Shown here one piece after another: positions 1 to 9,430 of a DNA stretch of 64,000 bases. Numbering within the stretch: position 1 is the stretch's first letter; every line of letters starts with the position of its first letter. The stretch covers positions 9,179 through 73,178 of the forward strand of contig JANLFV010000001.1 in NCBI GenBank assembly GCA_024653345.1, written 5' to 3'. The notes beneath the pieces were generated by a model. It saw nothing but the letters and a program-made list of their open reading frames with translations. It searched no databases and was not told the DNA's origin. A program made the translations under genes and the position numbers. This stretch comes from Candidatus Acetothermia bacterium (GTDB taxonomy: Bacteria > Bipolaricaulota > Bipolaricaulia > RBG-16-55-9 > JANLFV01).

Positions 1-366
1 AAGATCATCGAGCCCCGCTTAGAGGAGCTCTTCGACATGGCGATGGGGGAGATCGAGGACGCCGGCTACCATGACCTATTGCCGGCCGGGCTGGTGCTGA
101 CCGGCGGGACATCTTTGCTCGATGGGATCTGCGAGTTCGTCCAGGCCCGCTACAATCTCCCCGCGCGGCGGGGGAAGACCCCCCAGGGGATCCACGGCCT
201 GCGCGATATCGTGGAGAGCCCAATCTACTCCGTGGCCGTCGGCTTGCTGAAATACGCGGTGGAGCAGCGGGAGCGGCAGGATCTCTACGGTCCGCGCACC
301 AGGCGCCGCGGCTCCTCCCTCCTCGCCAAGATCGTCCGCTGGCTCAACCAGTTCTTCAGGGGGTGA
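1..366 (+). CDS. ftsA: Cell division protein FtsA, C-terminal part (5'-truncated by window edge)
   Basis: Open frame from base 1 ([11 protein letters not shown]...[11 protein letters not shown]...[10 protein letters not shown]); FtsA C-terminal amphipathic tail ([13 protein letters not shown]); directly upstream of ftsZ. Confidence 0.93.
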   Translation, partial: KIIEPRLEELFDMAMGEIEDAGYHDLLPAGLVLTGGTSLLDGICEFVQARYNLPARRGKTPQGIHGLRDIVESPIYSVAVGLLKYAVEQRERQDLYGPRTRRRGSSLLAKIVRWLNQFFRG

Positions 367-371
367 GAGAG

Positions 372-1448
372 ATGGCGAGGGATAGCCGGAACGGACTGGC
401 GCGGATCAAGGTGATCGGGGTCGGCGGCGGCGGGGGGAACGCGATCAACCGGATGATGAAGTTCAAGATCAGCAATGTCGAGCTGATCGCGGTCAATACC
501 GACGCCCAGGTCCTGGAGACGATGGTCGAGGCCCACAAGAAGGTCCAGATCGGGAAGAAACTCACGCAAGGGCTGGGCGCGGGCGGCAACCCCGAGATCG
601 GGCGGAAGGCCGCCGAGGAGAGCGAGGCCGAGATCGCTGACCTCCTCACCGATGTGGACATGGTCTTCATCACCGCGGGGATGGGCGGGGGGACGGGGAC
701 GGGCGCGACCCCGGTGATCGCCCGGATCGCCAAGGAGATGGGGATCCTCACCGCGGCGATCGTCACCAAGCCCTTCTCCTTCGAGGGCCGGGCGCGCGAG
801 GAGAAGGCCCGCCGCGGGATCGAGGAGCTCCGCCAGCACGTCGATACGCTCATCGCCATCTCCAACGACCGCTTGCTCAGGATCGCCCCGGAGGACTTGC
901 CTCTCATTCGGGCCTTCGAGCTGGCCGACGACATCCTCCGGCAGGGGGTTCAGGGGATCAGCGACCTCATCCTCACCCCGGGGATGATCAACCTCGACTT
1001 CGCCGATATCGAGGCCACGATGCGCAACGCGGGGACGGCGATGATGGGGATCGGGATCGGGGAGGGCGAGGGCCGGACGAAGGAGGCGGCGCGAAACGCC
1101 ATCTCCTCGCCGCTGTTGGAGGGCTCGATCGAGGGGGCCCAAAAAGTAATCTTGAATATCACCGGTGGGGAGAGCCTCACCCTCGACGAGGTCACCGAGG
1201 CTGCCACGCTTATCCGCGATACCGTCTCCGACCAGGCCGATATCTTCTTCGGGGCCGTGATCCAGGACGGCTACGAGAAGGTCAAGCTCACGGTGATCGC
1301 GACCGGCTTCGTCCAGGCGGAGGAGCGCGAAGCGGAGAGCGAGGAGGAGGTTGTCCTCATGCAGCAGCTGCGGAAGGAGGAGCGGGACGACCTGGAGATC
1401 CCGGCCTTCCTCCGCCGGCGCCGGCGCTCCTTCGAGGAGGAGGGCTAA
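372..1448 (+). CDS. ftsZ: Cell division protein FtsZ
   Basis: [22 protein letters not shown] tubulin signature, NLDFAD, C-terminal [10 protein letters not shown]; ATG at 372 (alternative GTG 363). Confidence 0.98.
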   Translation: MARDSRNGLARIKVIGVGGGGGNAINRMMKFKISNVELIAVNTDAQVLETMVEAHKKVQIGKKLTQGLGAGGNPEIGRKAAEESEAEIADLLTDVDMVFITAGMGGGTGTGATPVIARIAKEMGILTAAIVTKPFSFEGRAREEKARRGIEELRQHVDTLIAISNDRLLRIAPEDLPLIRAFELADDILRQGVQGISDLILTPGMINLDFADIEATMRNAGTAMMGIGIGEGEGRTKEAARNAISSPLLEGSIEGAQKVILNITGGESLTLDEVTEAATLIRDTVSDQADIFFGAVIQDGYEKVKLTVIATGFVQAEEREAESEEEVVLMQQLRKEERDDLEIPAFLRRRRRSFEEEG

Positions 1449-2581
1449 CCGATCCGGATCGGCATACAGACGTAAGTGAAGCCGTCTTGAGGGACTGGCT
1501 CGAGCAGCCCGGCGCTCTCTGGGTCCTCGAGCCAGAAGGTAACCTCAGCCGCGTCCATCTTCTTCAGCGCCTCGATCAGGTATTCCGCCTTGAATGAGAT
1601 CTTGATCGGCTCAGCTTTCTGGAGGAGCTTCAGGATCTCCTTCGCCTCCCCCTTCTCCGCGCTCTGGGAGCTGATGGCGAGCGCCTCGCCCTGATCGCCC
1701 ACCTCGAGGATCACCGCCCCGGATTCCTCAGCCGCGGTGATCTCCACCCGCTGGAGGGCCTCGAGGAACGCCACCCGCTCAAGCTGGAGAGCGATCTTGT
1801 TCCCCCGCGGGATCACCCGCTCGAAGTCCGGATACTCCTCTTGCAGGAGCTTGGCCACGAAGATCACGTTCCCGGCCACGAAGAAGATGTTCCGCTTCTC
1901 CTTGTCCTGATAGAGCTCGACTCGCTCCACATCGAGCTGGCTGAGGATCCCCAGGAACTCCTTGAGCGAGTCGGAACTGACGAGATACTCTCCCCCGCCG
2001 CCGGGTGGGGGCGTGTCGAGCGGCTCCTCCTTGAGGGCCAACCGGTAGCCGTTGGTCGCCACCAGCCGGAGCTTATCCTCTTGGAGGATCATATCGACCC
2101 CGGTGAGGCTCAAGCGGGAGGTCTCCCGCGCGGAGAGGGCGGCAAAGGTCGTCTGCTCCAGCCCGCGCTGCAACTGCTCCCGCGGGATGGAGCAGGCCGG
2201 CTTCTCCGGGAGTTGGGGGATCTCGGGATAATCCTCAAGAGGCATGGTCAAGAGGTCGATCTTCACCCCGCCGCAGGAGAGCTCGACCTTCTCCTCCACC
2301 GTCCGGACCACCACCTCGCCCTGAGGGAGCCGGCTGGCGACCTTGGCCAGGATCTCGCCGTTGACAAGGGCCGCTTGAGGGCCTTGGCCCTTCTGGCGGT
2401 TCTCCGCGGGGATCGTGCAGATGATCGCCCGCTCGAGGTCGGTCGCCTGCAGGGTGAGCTGATCATTGGTGACCTGCAGTTTGATCCCCAGGAGGATCGG
2501 CATCCCTCGCCCTGGGCCCAGGGCACGCCCGACTGTTTTCACTCCGAACCAGAGCACCTCACGCGGACAAGAGAATTCCAC
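1445..2581 (-). CDS. dnaN: DNA polymerase III beta sliding clamp
   Basis: 378 aa; motifs [28 protein letters not shown]-terminal YVCMPIR. Confidence 0.93.
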   Translation of the reverse strand: MEFSCPREVLWFGVKTVGRALGPGRGMPILLGIKLQVTNDQLTLQATDLERAIICTIPAENRQKGQGPQAALVNGEILAKVASRLPQGEVVVRTVEEKVELSCGGVKIDLLTMPLEDYPEIPQLPEKPACSIPREQLQRGLEQTTFAALSARETSRLSLTGVDMILQEDKLRLVATNGYRLALKEEPLDTPPPGGGGEYLVSSDSLKEFLGILSQLDVERVELYQDKEKRNIFFVAGNVIFVAKLLQEEYPDFERVIPRGNKIALQLERVAFLEALQRVEITAAEESGAVILEVGDQGEALAISSQSAEKGEAKEILKLLQKAEPIKISFKAEYLIEALKKMDAAEVTFWLEDPESAGLLEPVPQDGFTYVCMPIRIG

Positions 2582-2604
2582 TCTTCCTCACCTTCCTTGT
2601 GAGG

Positions 2605-2633
2605 ATTCTATCACGCCCCCGCGCAAAGATCAA
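2605..2633 (-). promoter_or_regulatory. sigma70-type promoter of dnaN
   Basis: Minus strand TTGATC-17 nt-TAGAAT with extended -10 TG. Confidence 0.7.
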
Positions 2634-2816
2634 GTCCCCTTCCAGGTAATCAGCCGGGGGAGATCGTTCGAGCTGAACCCATGGCCCTTGAGGCGAGGAG
2701 ATCCCTCGGACCCCTGCTCGGTAGGGATCATCTCTTCAGCTCCGGCCGGTCCGACCACGAAAACAGGAGGCTGGGGCGCGAGGCCAAGACCGGCAGATTC
2801 ACCTGCCGGCGGTCTA

Positions 2817-2825
2817 TGGTATAAT
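2817..2825 (+). promoter_or_regulatory. Extended -10 promoter for the Cys-rich microprotein
   Basis: TGgTATAAT at 2817-2825, followed by SD GAGGAGGT; inverted repeat CCGGCAG/CTGCCGG (2790-2809) covers the -35 region. Confidence 0.7.
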
Positions 2826-2850
2826 CAACCGCTGAGAGGAGGTCAACGCA

Positions 2851-2985
2851 ATGTGCACCAACTGCGGATGCGGAGAGCTGCGGAAGAAGCCGCGCAAGGA
2901 GGAGGAGATCTGCGAGGGCTGCGGGAAGCCCTACGACGAGTGCGAGTGCGAAGAGGAAGAGGAGGAAGAAGAAGAGGAATTCTAA
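2851..2985 (+). CDS. 44-aa Cys-rich, poly-Glu-tailed microprotein (metallothionein/zinc-finger-like); not in ORF track
   Basis: MCTNCGCGELRKKPRKEEEICEGCGKPYDECECEEEEEEEEEEF; strong SD, own promoter, downstream hairpin. Confidence 0.8.
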   Translation: MCTNCGCGELRKKPRKEEEICEGCGKPYDECECEEEEEEEEEEF

Positions 2986-3011
2986 CCTCCAATCTGGACG
3001 GGCTCGAGCTG

Positions 3012-3050
3012 ACGGGCGGGGCGAAGGGGCCTCCGCCCGTTCTCCTTTCC
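3012..3050. terminator. Intrinsic terminator-like hairpin between the convergent microprotein and alaS
   Basis: ACGGGCGGGG/CTCCGCCCGT stem followed by TCTCCTTTCC. Confidence 0.6.
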
Positions 3051-3060
3051 CAGGCGCTCA

Positions 3061-5787
3061 TCAAGCTCGGGACTTGATGAGCTTGATCCCCTCTTCCAGC
3101 GCCTGGGCGAGCTTCTCCGGCTGCGGGCCGCCCCCTTGAGCGAACCGCGGGCTCCCCCCGCCGTTCCCGCCGACGACCTTCGCCACCTCCCGGATGATCT
3201 CCCCGGCATGGAAGCGCTTAGTTAGAGCGTCGCTCACCTTGCAGACGAGGACCGCCCGGCCGCGCGGCACGCTACGCTCGGCGCTCCCCAGAAGCACCAC
3301 CCCGCGCTCGAGCCTCGCCTCCAGGAGGTCGGCCAGTTGCTTCAGTTCCTCGGCCCCAAGCTCGACTTGGACCGCCACGAGCTTTGCCCCGTCGAGGCTC
3401 TCGGCCCCGCGAAGCAACTCCTCCAGCCGATAGGAAAGCAGCTCTGTCCTCAACGCGGCAAGGCTGCTCTCCAGCTCCGCGCGCTCCTTGAGCAGGCCCT
3501 CGAGCCGCGGGAGAAGCTCCCTCTCGGAGGCCTTGAGCAGCGCTGATGCCTGCTTAAGTGCCGCAGCTTGCTCAGTCAGAAGCCTAAGGGCCTCCGTCCC
3601 GGCCACGGCCCGAATCCTACGGACCCCGGCGGCAATCCCCTCTTCCGCTATGATCTTGATCAGCCCGATCTCGCCGGTCCGCCGGACATGGGTCCCGCCG
3701 CAGAGCTCGATCGAGAAGGGGCTCCCAGGCTCACCCGTGGTTACCACCCGGACCTTCTCCTTCCCCTGATAGTCCTCGGCGAAGAGGGCCATCGCCCCCT
3801 TGGCTTTGGCCTCCTCTAAAGTCTCGTAGGTGATCGTGACCGGGAGATCCGCCAGGACGGCCTCGTTCACCAGCCGCTCGACCTCGGAGAGCTCTTCCTG
3901 AGCGAGCGGGGCGAGATGGGTGAAGTCGAACCTTAGCTCCTCCGGGGCGACGAGCGAGCCCGCCTGGATCCCCTGCTTGTAGCCCAAGACTTTGCGAAGG
4001 GAGGCATGGAGGAGGTGTGTGGCCGTGTGGTGGCGCATGATCTTCTTCCGGCGGGTGGCATCAACCTCGAGGCGGCAGCGGTCACCGCGCACGAATTCTC
4101 CCTCGAGGACCCTAACTTTGTGAAGAGCCACACCAGCTCTATCCCTTTCGACATCCAGGACCTCGGCCTTGCCGTGCCGGCTCAGGTTCGTGATCCAACC
4201 GCGATCTCCCACCTGACCGCCGCCCTCGGCGTAGAAGGGCGACTCCTTGAAGAGGAAGTAGCCCTCGGCCCCCTCAGTGAGGGCCTGGACCTCGGTCAGT
4301 TTGGAGCCCTCGAGGATCACCGCGTCGAAGAGCTCCTCTTCGGCCTCGAGCCTCCTCTCGGATCCCGGCCTGTAGCCCAGGAAAGCCGCCTCGAAGGAGG
4401 GCATCTCACTAATAATCTCGTCCGCGACCCTGGCGAAGCCGCTAATAACAGCCTTTCTGCTAGCTGACCGCTCCTTCTGCCGCTCCATCTCCCGCTCGAA
4501 GCCCGAGCGGTCGATCACCAGCCCGTGCTCCGTGGCCACATCCTTGGTCAGGTCCGGCGGGAAGCCGTAGGTGTCGTAGAGCCTGAAGACCTCGGCCCCG
4601 GGGACCTCAGTCCGCCGCTCACTCTTGAGCTGGGCGATGAGGGCCTCGAGCCGCTCCAAGCCGGCGGAGAGCGTCCGCTCGAACTGCTCCTCCTCCTGGC
4701 GAATCGCGCGGAGGATGAAGTCCTTCCGCTCGACTAGCTCGGTGTAGTGCTCGCCCATGAGCTCGATCACGACCTTCACTAGCTCCCCGAGGAACGGGCC
4801 GGTGAAGCCGAGCCGCTTCCCGAAGCGGATGGCCCGGCGGACGATCATTCTCGTGACATAACTGCGGCCCTCATTCCCCGGGAGGACCCCATCCGCGAGC
4901 AAGAAGGCCACAGCCCGGGAGTGATCGGCCAGGACGCGGTAGGCCACGAGCTTCGCCCCTTCGCGCATTTCGGCCTCATCGTGGCCGAGAAGGGCCGCGA
5001 TCTTCCGCATGATCGGCTGGAAAAGATCGGTGTCATAGTTCGTCTCCGCTCCCTGGAGGATCGCCACCAATCGCTCGAACCCCATCCCGGTGTCCACTCC
5101 TGGGCGCTGCAGCGCAATTCGAGAGCCATCGGGCCGCTGCTCGAACTGCATGAAGACCAGGTTCCAGACCTCCCACCAGCGGTCGCAGTCGTTATCCAAG
5201 GCTGGGGAGCAATCGGCCCGCCCGCAGGTGCAGTGCTCCCTTCCGCGGTCGAAGACCAGCTCGGTGTTCGGCCCGCAGGGGCCGACATCCCCCATCATCC
5301 AGAAGTTCGACTTCTCTCCCATCCTATGGATCTTTTCCGGCGGGGCTCCGGCGAGCTCCTGCCAGAGCTGGAAGCTCTCCTCATCGTCCTTGTAGACCGT
5401 GAAGTGGAAGCGGTCCTTCGGCATCCCCAGGACCTCGGTGAGGAACTCCCAGGCGTAGGCAATCGCCTCCCTCTTGAAGTAATCCCCGAAGGAGAAGTTC
5501 CCGAGCATCTCGAAGAAGGTGTGGTGGCGCGGGCTCGGGCCGACCTGCTCGAGGTCGTTGTGCTTCCCCGAGACGCGGAGGCACTTCTGGACCGAGGTAG
5601 CCCGAACATAAGGCCGCTTCTCTAGCCCTAAGAAGAGGTTCTTGAACTGGACCATCCCGGCGTTGGTGAAGAGGAGCGTGGGGTCCCCCTCGGGGACGAG
5701 CGGGGAGGAGGGGACGACCTGGTGCCCTCGCTCGCGGAAGTATTCCAGGAAGAGCCGGCGGGTCTCAGCGCTCGATCGTGGCCTCAT
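3061..5787 (-). CDS. alaS: Alanine--tRNA ligase
   Basis: TLLFTNAGMVQFK, HHTFFEMLGNFSFGDYFK, editing motifs HTATH and ELCGGTH, C-terminal GGG DHHA1; start reassigned to ATG 5787. Confidence 0.98.
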   Translation of the reverse strand: MRPRSSAETRRLFLEYFRERGHQVVPSSPLVPEGDPTLLFTNAGMVQFKNLFLGLEKRPYVRATSVQKCLRVSGKHNDLEQVGPSPRHHTFFEMLGNFSFGDYFKREAIAYAWEFLTEVLGMPKDRFHFTVYKDDEESFQLWQELAGAPPEKIHRMGEKSNFWMMGDVGPCGPNTELVFDRGREHCTCGRADCSPALDNDCDRWWEVWNLVFMQFEQRPDGSRIALQRPGVDTGMGFERLVAILQGAETNYDTDLFQPIMRKIAALLGHDEAEMREGAKLVAYRVLADHSRAVAFLLADGVLPGNEGRSYVTRMIVRRAIRFGKRLGFTGPFLGELVKVVIELMGEHYTELVERKDFILRAIRQEEEQFERTLSAGLERLEALIAQLKSERRTEVPGAEVFRLYDTYGFPPDLTKDVATEHGLVIDRSGFEREMERQKERSASRKAVISGFARVADEIISEMPSFEAAFLGYRPGSERRLEAEEELFDAVILEGSKLTEVQALTEGAEGYFLFKESPFYAEGGGQVGDRGWITNLSRHGKAEVLDVERDRAGVALHKVRVLEGEFVRGDRCRLEVDATRRKKIMRHHTATHLLHASLRKVLGYKQGIQAGSLVAPEELRFDFTHLAPLAQEELSEVERLVNEAVLADLPVTITYETLEEAKAKGAMALFAEDYQGKEKVRVVTTGEPGSPFSIELCGGTHVRRTGEIGLIKIIAEEGIAAGVRRIRAVAGTEALRLLTEQAAALKQASALLKASERELLPRLEGLLKERAELESSLAALRTELLSYRLEELLRGAESLDGAKLVAVQVELGAEELKQLADLLEARLERGVVLLGSAERSVPRGRAVLVCKVSDALTKRFHAGEIIREVAKVVGGNGGGSPRFAQGGGPQPEKLAQALEEGIKLIKSRA

Positions 5788-5794
5788 CGCCTGG

Positions 5795-5823
5795 ATTCTA
5801 GCACTCTGGGGGAGGCGCTTCAA
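5795..5823 (-). promoter_or_regulatory. alaS promoter, predicted leaderless mRNA
   Basis: TTGAAG-17-TAGAAT with TG extension; ATG lies 7 nt after the -10; no SD. Confidence 0.7.
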
Positions 5824-5877
5824 GCCCACACGCCTTGCCGGGCCCAGCAGGGGGCGGTATAATATCGGACCCGATAT

Positions 5878-6480
5878 ATGAGGACCGTCTGGCCCCATCG
5901 CCCCGCGGTCCTCCTTACGGGCTCGATGATCATGGTGGTGCAAGAGATGCGGCAGGGCTTCCTGAAGCTCTACCTCCTCAAGCTCCTAGCAGAGAGCCCC
6001 GGCGGCCTCTCCGGCTACGAGCTGATGAAGCGGATCGAGGAGGAGACCGGCTTCTGGAGGCCCTCCCCCGGCTCGATCTACCCCCTCCTCGCGGCCCTGG
6101 AGGGCCGTGAGCTGATCCGCCACCGGCCTGAGGGGGACAAGAAGATCTACTCCCTCACGGCCAAGGGGGAGGAGGCCCTCGCCAGGGCCCAGGCGGCCCG
6201 GGCCGAGGCCCTCGAAGGGATGAGGCGGTCGATCCAGCTCCTCGCGGGGCTCTTCGGTGAGGACCTGGCCGAGGAGCTCGCGGAGCCGCTCGGGGCCGGG
6301 CCCGGCCAGCCGGCTCGGGTCCCTCCCGGCCTGCGGCGGCCGCTCGCCCAGCTCCGGGCCCTCATCCTGAAGATCCTCTCCAGGGGGCTAACTGAGGAGG
6401 AGGCCAAGGAGATCGGGACGATTCTCGAGAAGACGATCGAGGAGTTGAGCGCCTATGCCGAGCGCGATCGAGGTCTATAA
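5878..6480 (+). CDS. PadR-family transcriptional regulator (start uncertain)
   Basis: SGYELMKRIEE...WRPSPGSIYPLLAALE...KKIYSLTAKG. Confidence 0.9.
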   Translation: MRTVWPHRPAVLLTGSMIMVVQEMRQGFLKLYLLKLLAESPGGLSGYELMKRIEEETGFWRPSPGSIYPLLAALEGRELIRHRPEGDKKIYSLTAKGEEALARAQAARAEALEGMRRSIQLLAGLFGEDLAEELAEPLGAGPGQPARVPPGLRRPLAQLRALILKILSRGLTEEEAKEIGTILEKTIEELSAYAERDRGL

Positions 6481-7477
6481 CCTCACCAAGATCTACCGCG
6501 GGGGCGTCCTGGCCGTGGACGACATCTCCTTCACCGTCGAGCGGGGGGAGATCTTCGGCTTCCTCGGCCCCAACGGGGCGGGGAAGTCCACGACCATCAA
6601 GGTCCTGATCGGGCTCCTCAAGCCGACCAAGGGGAGGTTGTTGATCAACGGGGTCGACATCGCCAAGCGGCCGGGCGAGATCAAGCGGGCCACGGGCTAT
6701 GCCGCCCAGGAGACGGCGATCGACGACCGTCTCACCTGCATGGAGAACATCTACCTCCAGGGGCGGTTCTACCACCTGAGCAAGCGGGAGATCCTCGCGC
6801 GGTCGGCCGAGGTCCTGAAGATGTTCGACCTCTACGACCGGCGGAACGACCTCACGGCCACCTTCTCCGGGGGGATGCTCAAGCGGCTCGATATCGCCGA
6901 GGCCCTGATCCACCGGCCGCAGATCCTCTTCCTCGACGAGCCGACCCTCGGCTTAGATGTCCAGACGAGGAAGACCATCTGGGAATACATCAAGCGGCTC
7001 CGGGAGGAGCAGGGGATGACGATCTTCCTCACCACCCATTACATGGAGGAGGCCGATGTGCTCTGCGACCGCGTGGCGATCATCGATCGGGGGAAGATCA
7101 AGGCCCTCGACAGGCCGGAGGCCCTGAAGGCCCAGATCGGCGGGGACATCGTGATCGCCCGGTTCTCGGCCCTGGACGGGAGCATCCCCCAGGAGGCCCT
7201 CGAGGCGATCCGCGGGCTCCCCCAGGTCCGGGGGATCGAGCCCAAGCGGGATGGGGCCTACTGGATTGTCGTGAATCAGGACGGGGATAAGCTCATCCCC
7301 GCGATCTTCTCCATCTGCGGCCAGGCCGGGGTCTCGATCGAGTCGATCAGCCTGAAGAAGCCCTCCCTCGACGATGTCTACCTCCACTTCACCGGCCGGG
7401 AGATGCGCGAGGAGGAGGCGAGCGCCGAGGCCCACATCCGCGCCAGGATCATGCGGGGCCGGATCAGGAGGAGGTGA
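6455..7477 (+). CDS. ABC exporter ATP-binding subunit (DrrA-like)
   Basis: Walker A GPNGAGKST, FSGGM signature, LFLDEPT, TTHY. Confidence 0.93.
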   Translation: MPSAIEVYNLTKIYRGGVLAVDDISFTVERGEIFGFLGPNGAGKSTTIKVLIGLLKPTKGRLLINGVDIAKRPGEIKRATGYAAQETAIDDRLTCMENIYLQGRFYHLSKREILARSAEVLKMFDLYDRRNDLTATFSGGMLKRLDIAEALIHRPQILFLDEPTLGLDVQTRKTIWEYIKRLREEQGMTIFLTTHYMEEADVLCDRVAIIDRGKIKALDRPEALKAQIGGDIVIARFSALDGSIPQEALEAIRGLPQVRGIEPKRDGAYWIVVNQDGDKLIPAIFSICGQAGVSIESISLKKPSLDDVYLHFTGREMREEEASAEAHIRARIMRGRIRRR

Positions 7478-7478
7478 G

Positions 7479-8264
7479 ATGATCTACTTGCTTTCAGACA
7501 CCTGGTTTGTGGCCTGGCGGGAGCTGCTCAAGTTCTTCCGCGCCCGGGTCCGGCTCGTGGTCTCGCTCATCCAGCCGGTCGTCTGGCTGGCCTTCATGGG
7601 GAACATGATGCGCGGGCTCACGAGCAACCCCGTCACGGCCAAGGCTCTCGGGACCGAGAACTACCTGGCCTTCATGACCCCGGGGATCATCCTCATGACC
7701 GTCCTCTTCGGCGGGGTCTTCGGTGGAGTCTCGATCGTCTGGGACCGGCGGATCGGCTACCTCGAGAAGCTCTTGGCCGCGCCGATCAGCCGGGGGGCGA
7801 TCCCCTTTGGGAAGATGCTGGCCGCGATGATCCAGGGGGCGATCCAGGTGGTGGCGATCATCATTATCGCCTCCCTCTTGGGGGTCCGCTTCCAGACCGG
7901 CCCGGCGGGGATCGCCCTGATCGTCCTGATCGCCATGCTCTTCAGCACGATCTTAAGCGGGCTCTCGCTCGCCCTCTCCGCCTCGATCAAGACGATGGAG
8001 ACGCTGATGGCGATCGTGAACTTCGTGACCCTCCCGCTGATGTTCACCAGCAACGCCCTCTTCCCCCTCGCGGCGATGCCGCCCTGGCTGGCCGCGATTG
8101 CCAAGGTCAACCCGGTCAGCTACGCCGTCGGGCCGATCCGGGCCCTCACCCTCACCGGCTGGAATTGGGAGGTGATCCTCCCCGGGCTGGGGGTGATCCT
8201 CGGGCTGGCCCTCCTGGCCCTGCTCGTCGCACAATACATCTTCCAGCGCGCCACGACGGAGTAA
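7479..8264 (+). CDS. ABC-2 type permease (DrrB-like)
   Basis: Six hydrophobic segments, NPVSYAV motif; ATG 7479 after SD GGAGGTG. Confidence 0.9.
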   Translation: MIYLLSDTWFVAWRELLKFFRARVRLVVSLIQPVVWLAFMGNMMRGLTSNPVTAKALGTENYLAFMTPGIILMTVLFGGVFGGVSIVWDRRIGYLEKLLAAPISRGAIPFGKMLAAMIQGAIQVVAIIIIASLLGVRFQTGPAGIALIVLIAMLFSTILSGLSLALSASIKTMETLMAIVNFVTLPLMFTSNALFPLAAMPPWLAAIAKVNPVSYAVGPIRALTLTGWNWEVILPGLGVILGLALLALLVAQYIFQRATTE

Positions 8265-8342
8265 GGGCTCAGCCCAAGCCCGAGAGAGGCGAGTTGCTCC
8301 CCCGCCGCTGGAATCACGATAATGCTCGAGGAAGGAGGTCGG

Positions 8343-9410
8343 ATGGAAGAGCAGTCCAAGGCTTTCCTGAAGCGCTACATGGAGACGATCAGCCCTGCCG
8401 GCTTTGAGGCCGAGGCCGCGCGGGTCTGGCGCGAGGAGGCGGCCAAGTTCGCGGCCCGGACCTGGACCGACCTCCACGGGAATAGCTTCGCCCTGGTCAA
8501 TGAGGGCGGCTCCCCGAGGGTGATGCTCGCGGGCCACACCGACGAGATCGGGCTGATGGTCACCTACATCGATGATAACGGCTTCCTCTTCTTCCGCGGG
8601 ATCGGGGGCTGGGACCCACAAATCCTTCCGGGCCAGCGGGTCTGGATCAGGACCAAGTCGGGCAGGCTCACGGGCGTGATCGGGCGGAAGCCGATCCACC
8701 TCCTGGAAGAGGAGGAGCGGAAGAAGGTCGTGAAGCTCGAGGACCTGTGGATCGACATCGGTGCCAAGGACAAGAAGGAGGCCGAGGAAGTGGTGAGCGT
8801 CGGGGACCCCGTGGTCCTGGCCTACAACTTTGAGGAGCTCCAGAATGGCCTGGCGGTCGGAAGGGGGTTCGACGACAAGTGCGGGGCCTTCGTGGTCCTC
8901 GAGACCGCGCGGCTCCTCTCCAAGTTAAAGCCGAAGGCCGAGGTCTACGCCGTGGCCACGGTCCAGGAGGAGGTGGGCTTGCGCGGGGCCCGGACGAGCG
9001 CCTTCGGGATCGACCCGAAGGTGGGGATCGCCGTGGATGTGGGCTTCGCCTGCGACACCCCGGGGATGGAGGCCGAGCGGAAGAAGGTCGGGGACCTCAG
9101 GGTCGGGAAGGGGCCGATCATCACCCGCGGGCCGAACATCAACGAGAAGGTCTTCGCGCTCCTGGTCGAGACGGCCAAGGAGAAGGGGATCCCCTACCAG
9201 CTCGAGGGATACCCTCAGGCGACCGGGACGGACGCAAACGCGATCCAGCTCACCCGGGCCGGGGTGGCGACGGGGCTGATCTCCGTCCCCAACCGCTACA
9301 TGCACAGCCCCTGCGAGGTGGTCAGCTTAGAAGACCTCGAGAACGCCGCCAAGCTCCTGGCCTACGCGGTCGAGCGGATCGACGACTCTAACGACTTCGT
9401 CCCGTTCTAG
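8343..9410 (+). CDS. M42-family (TET) aminopeptidase
   Basis: AGHTDEIG, FDDKCG, TVQEEVGLRGA, GTDA, RYMHSP. Confidence 0.93.
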   Translation: MEEQSKAFLKRYMETISPAGFEAEAARVWREEAAKFAARTWTDLHGNSFALVNEGGSPRVMLAGHTDEIGLMVTYIDDNGFLFFRGIGGWDPQILPGQRVWIRTKSGRLTGVIGRKPIHLLEEEERKKVVKLEDLWIDIGAKDKKEAEEVVSVGDPVVLAYNFEELQNGLAVGRGFDDKCGAFVVLETARLLSKLKPKAEVYAVATVQEEVGLRGARTSAFGIDPKVGIAVDVGFACDTPGMEAERKKVGDLRVGKGPIITRGPNINEKVFALLVETAKEKGIPYQLEGYPQATGTDANAIQLTRAGVATGLISVPNRYMHSPCEVVSLEDLENAAKLLAYAVERIDDSNDFVPF

Positions 9411-9430
9411 CCTCGACCGCAAGCCCGGCC

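Noticed and set aside
2582-2850. Replication origin upstream of dnaN
   Set aside because: No TTATCCACA-like boxes and no AT-rich unwinding element seen
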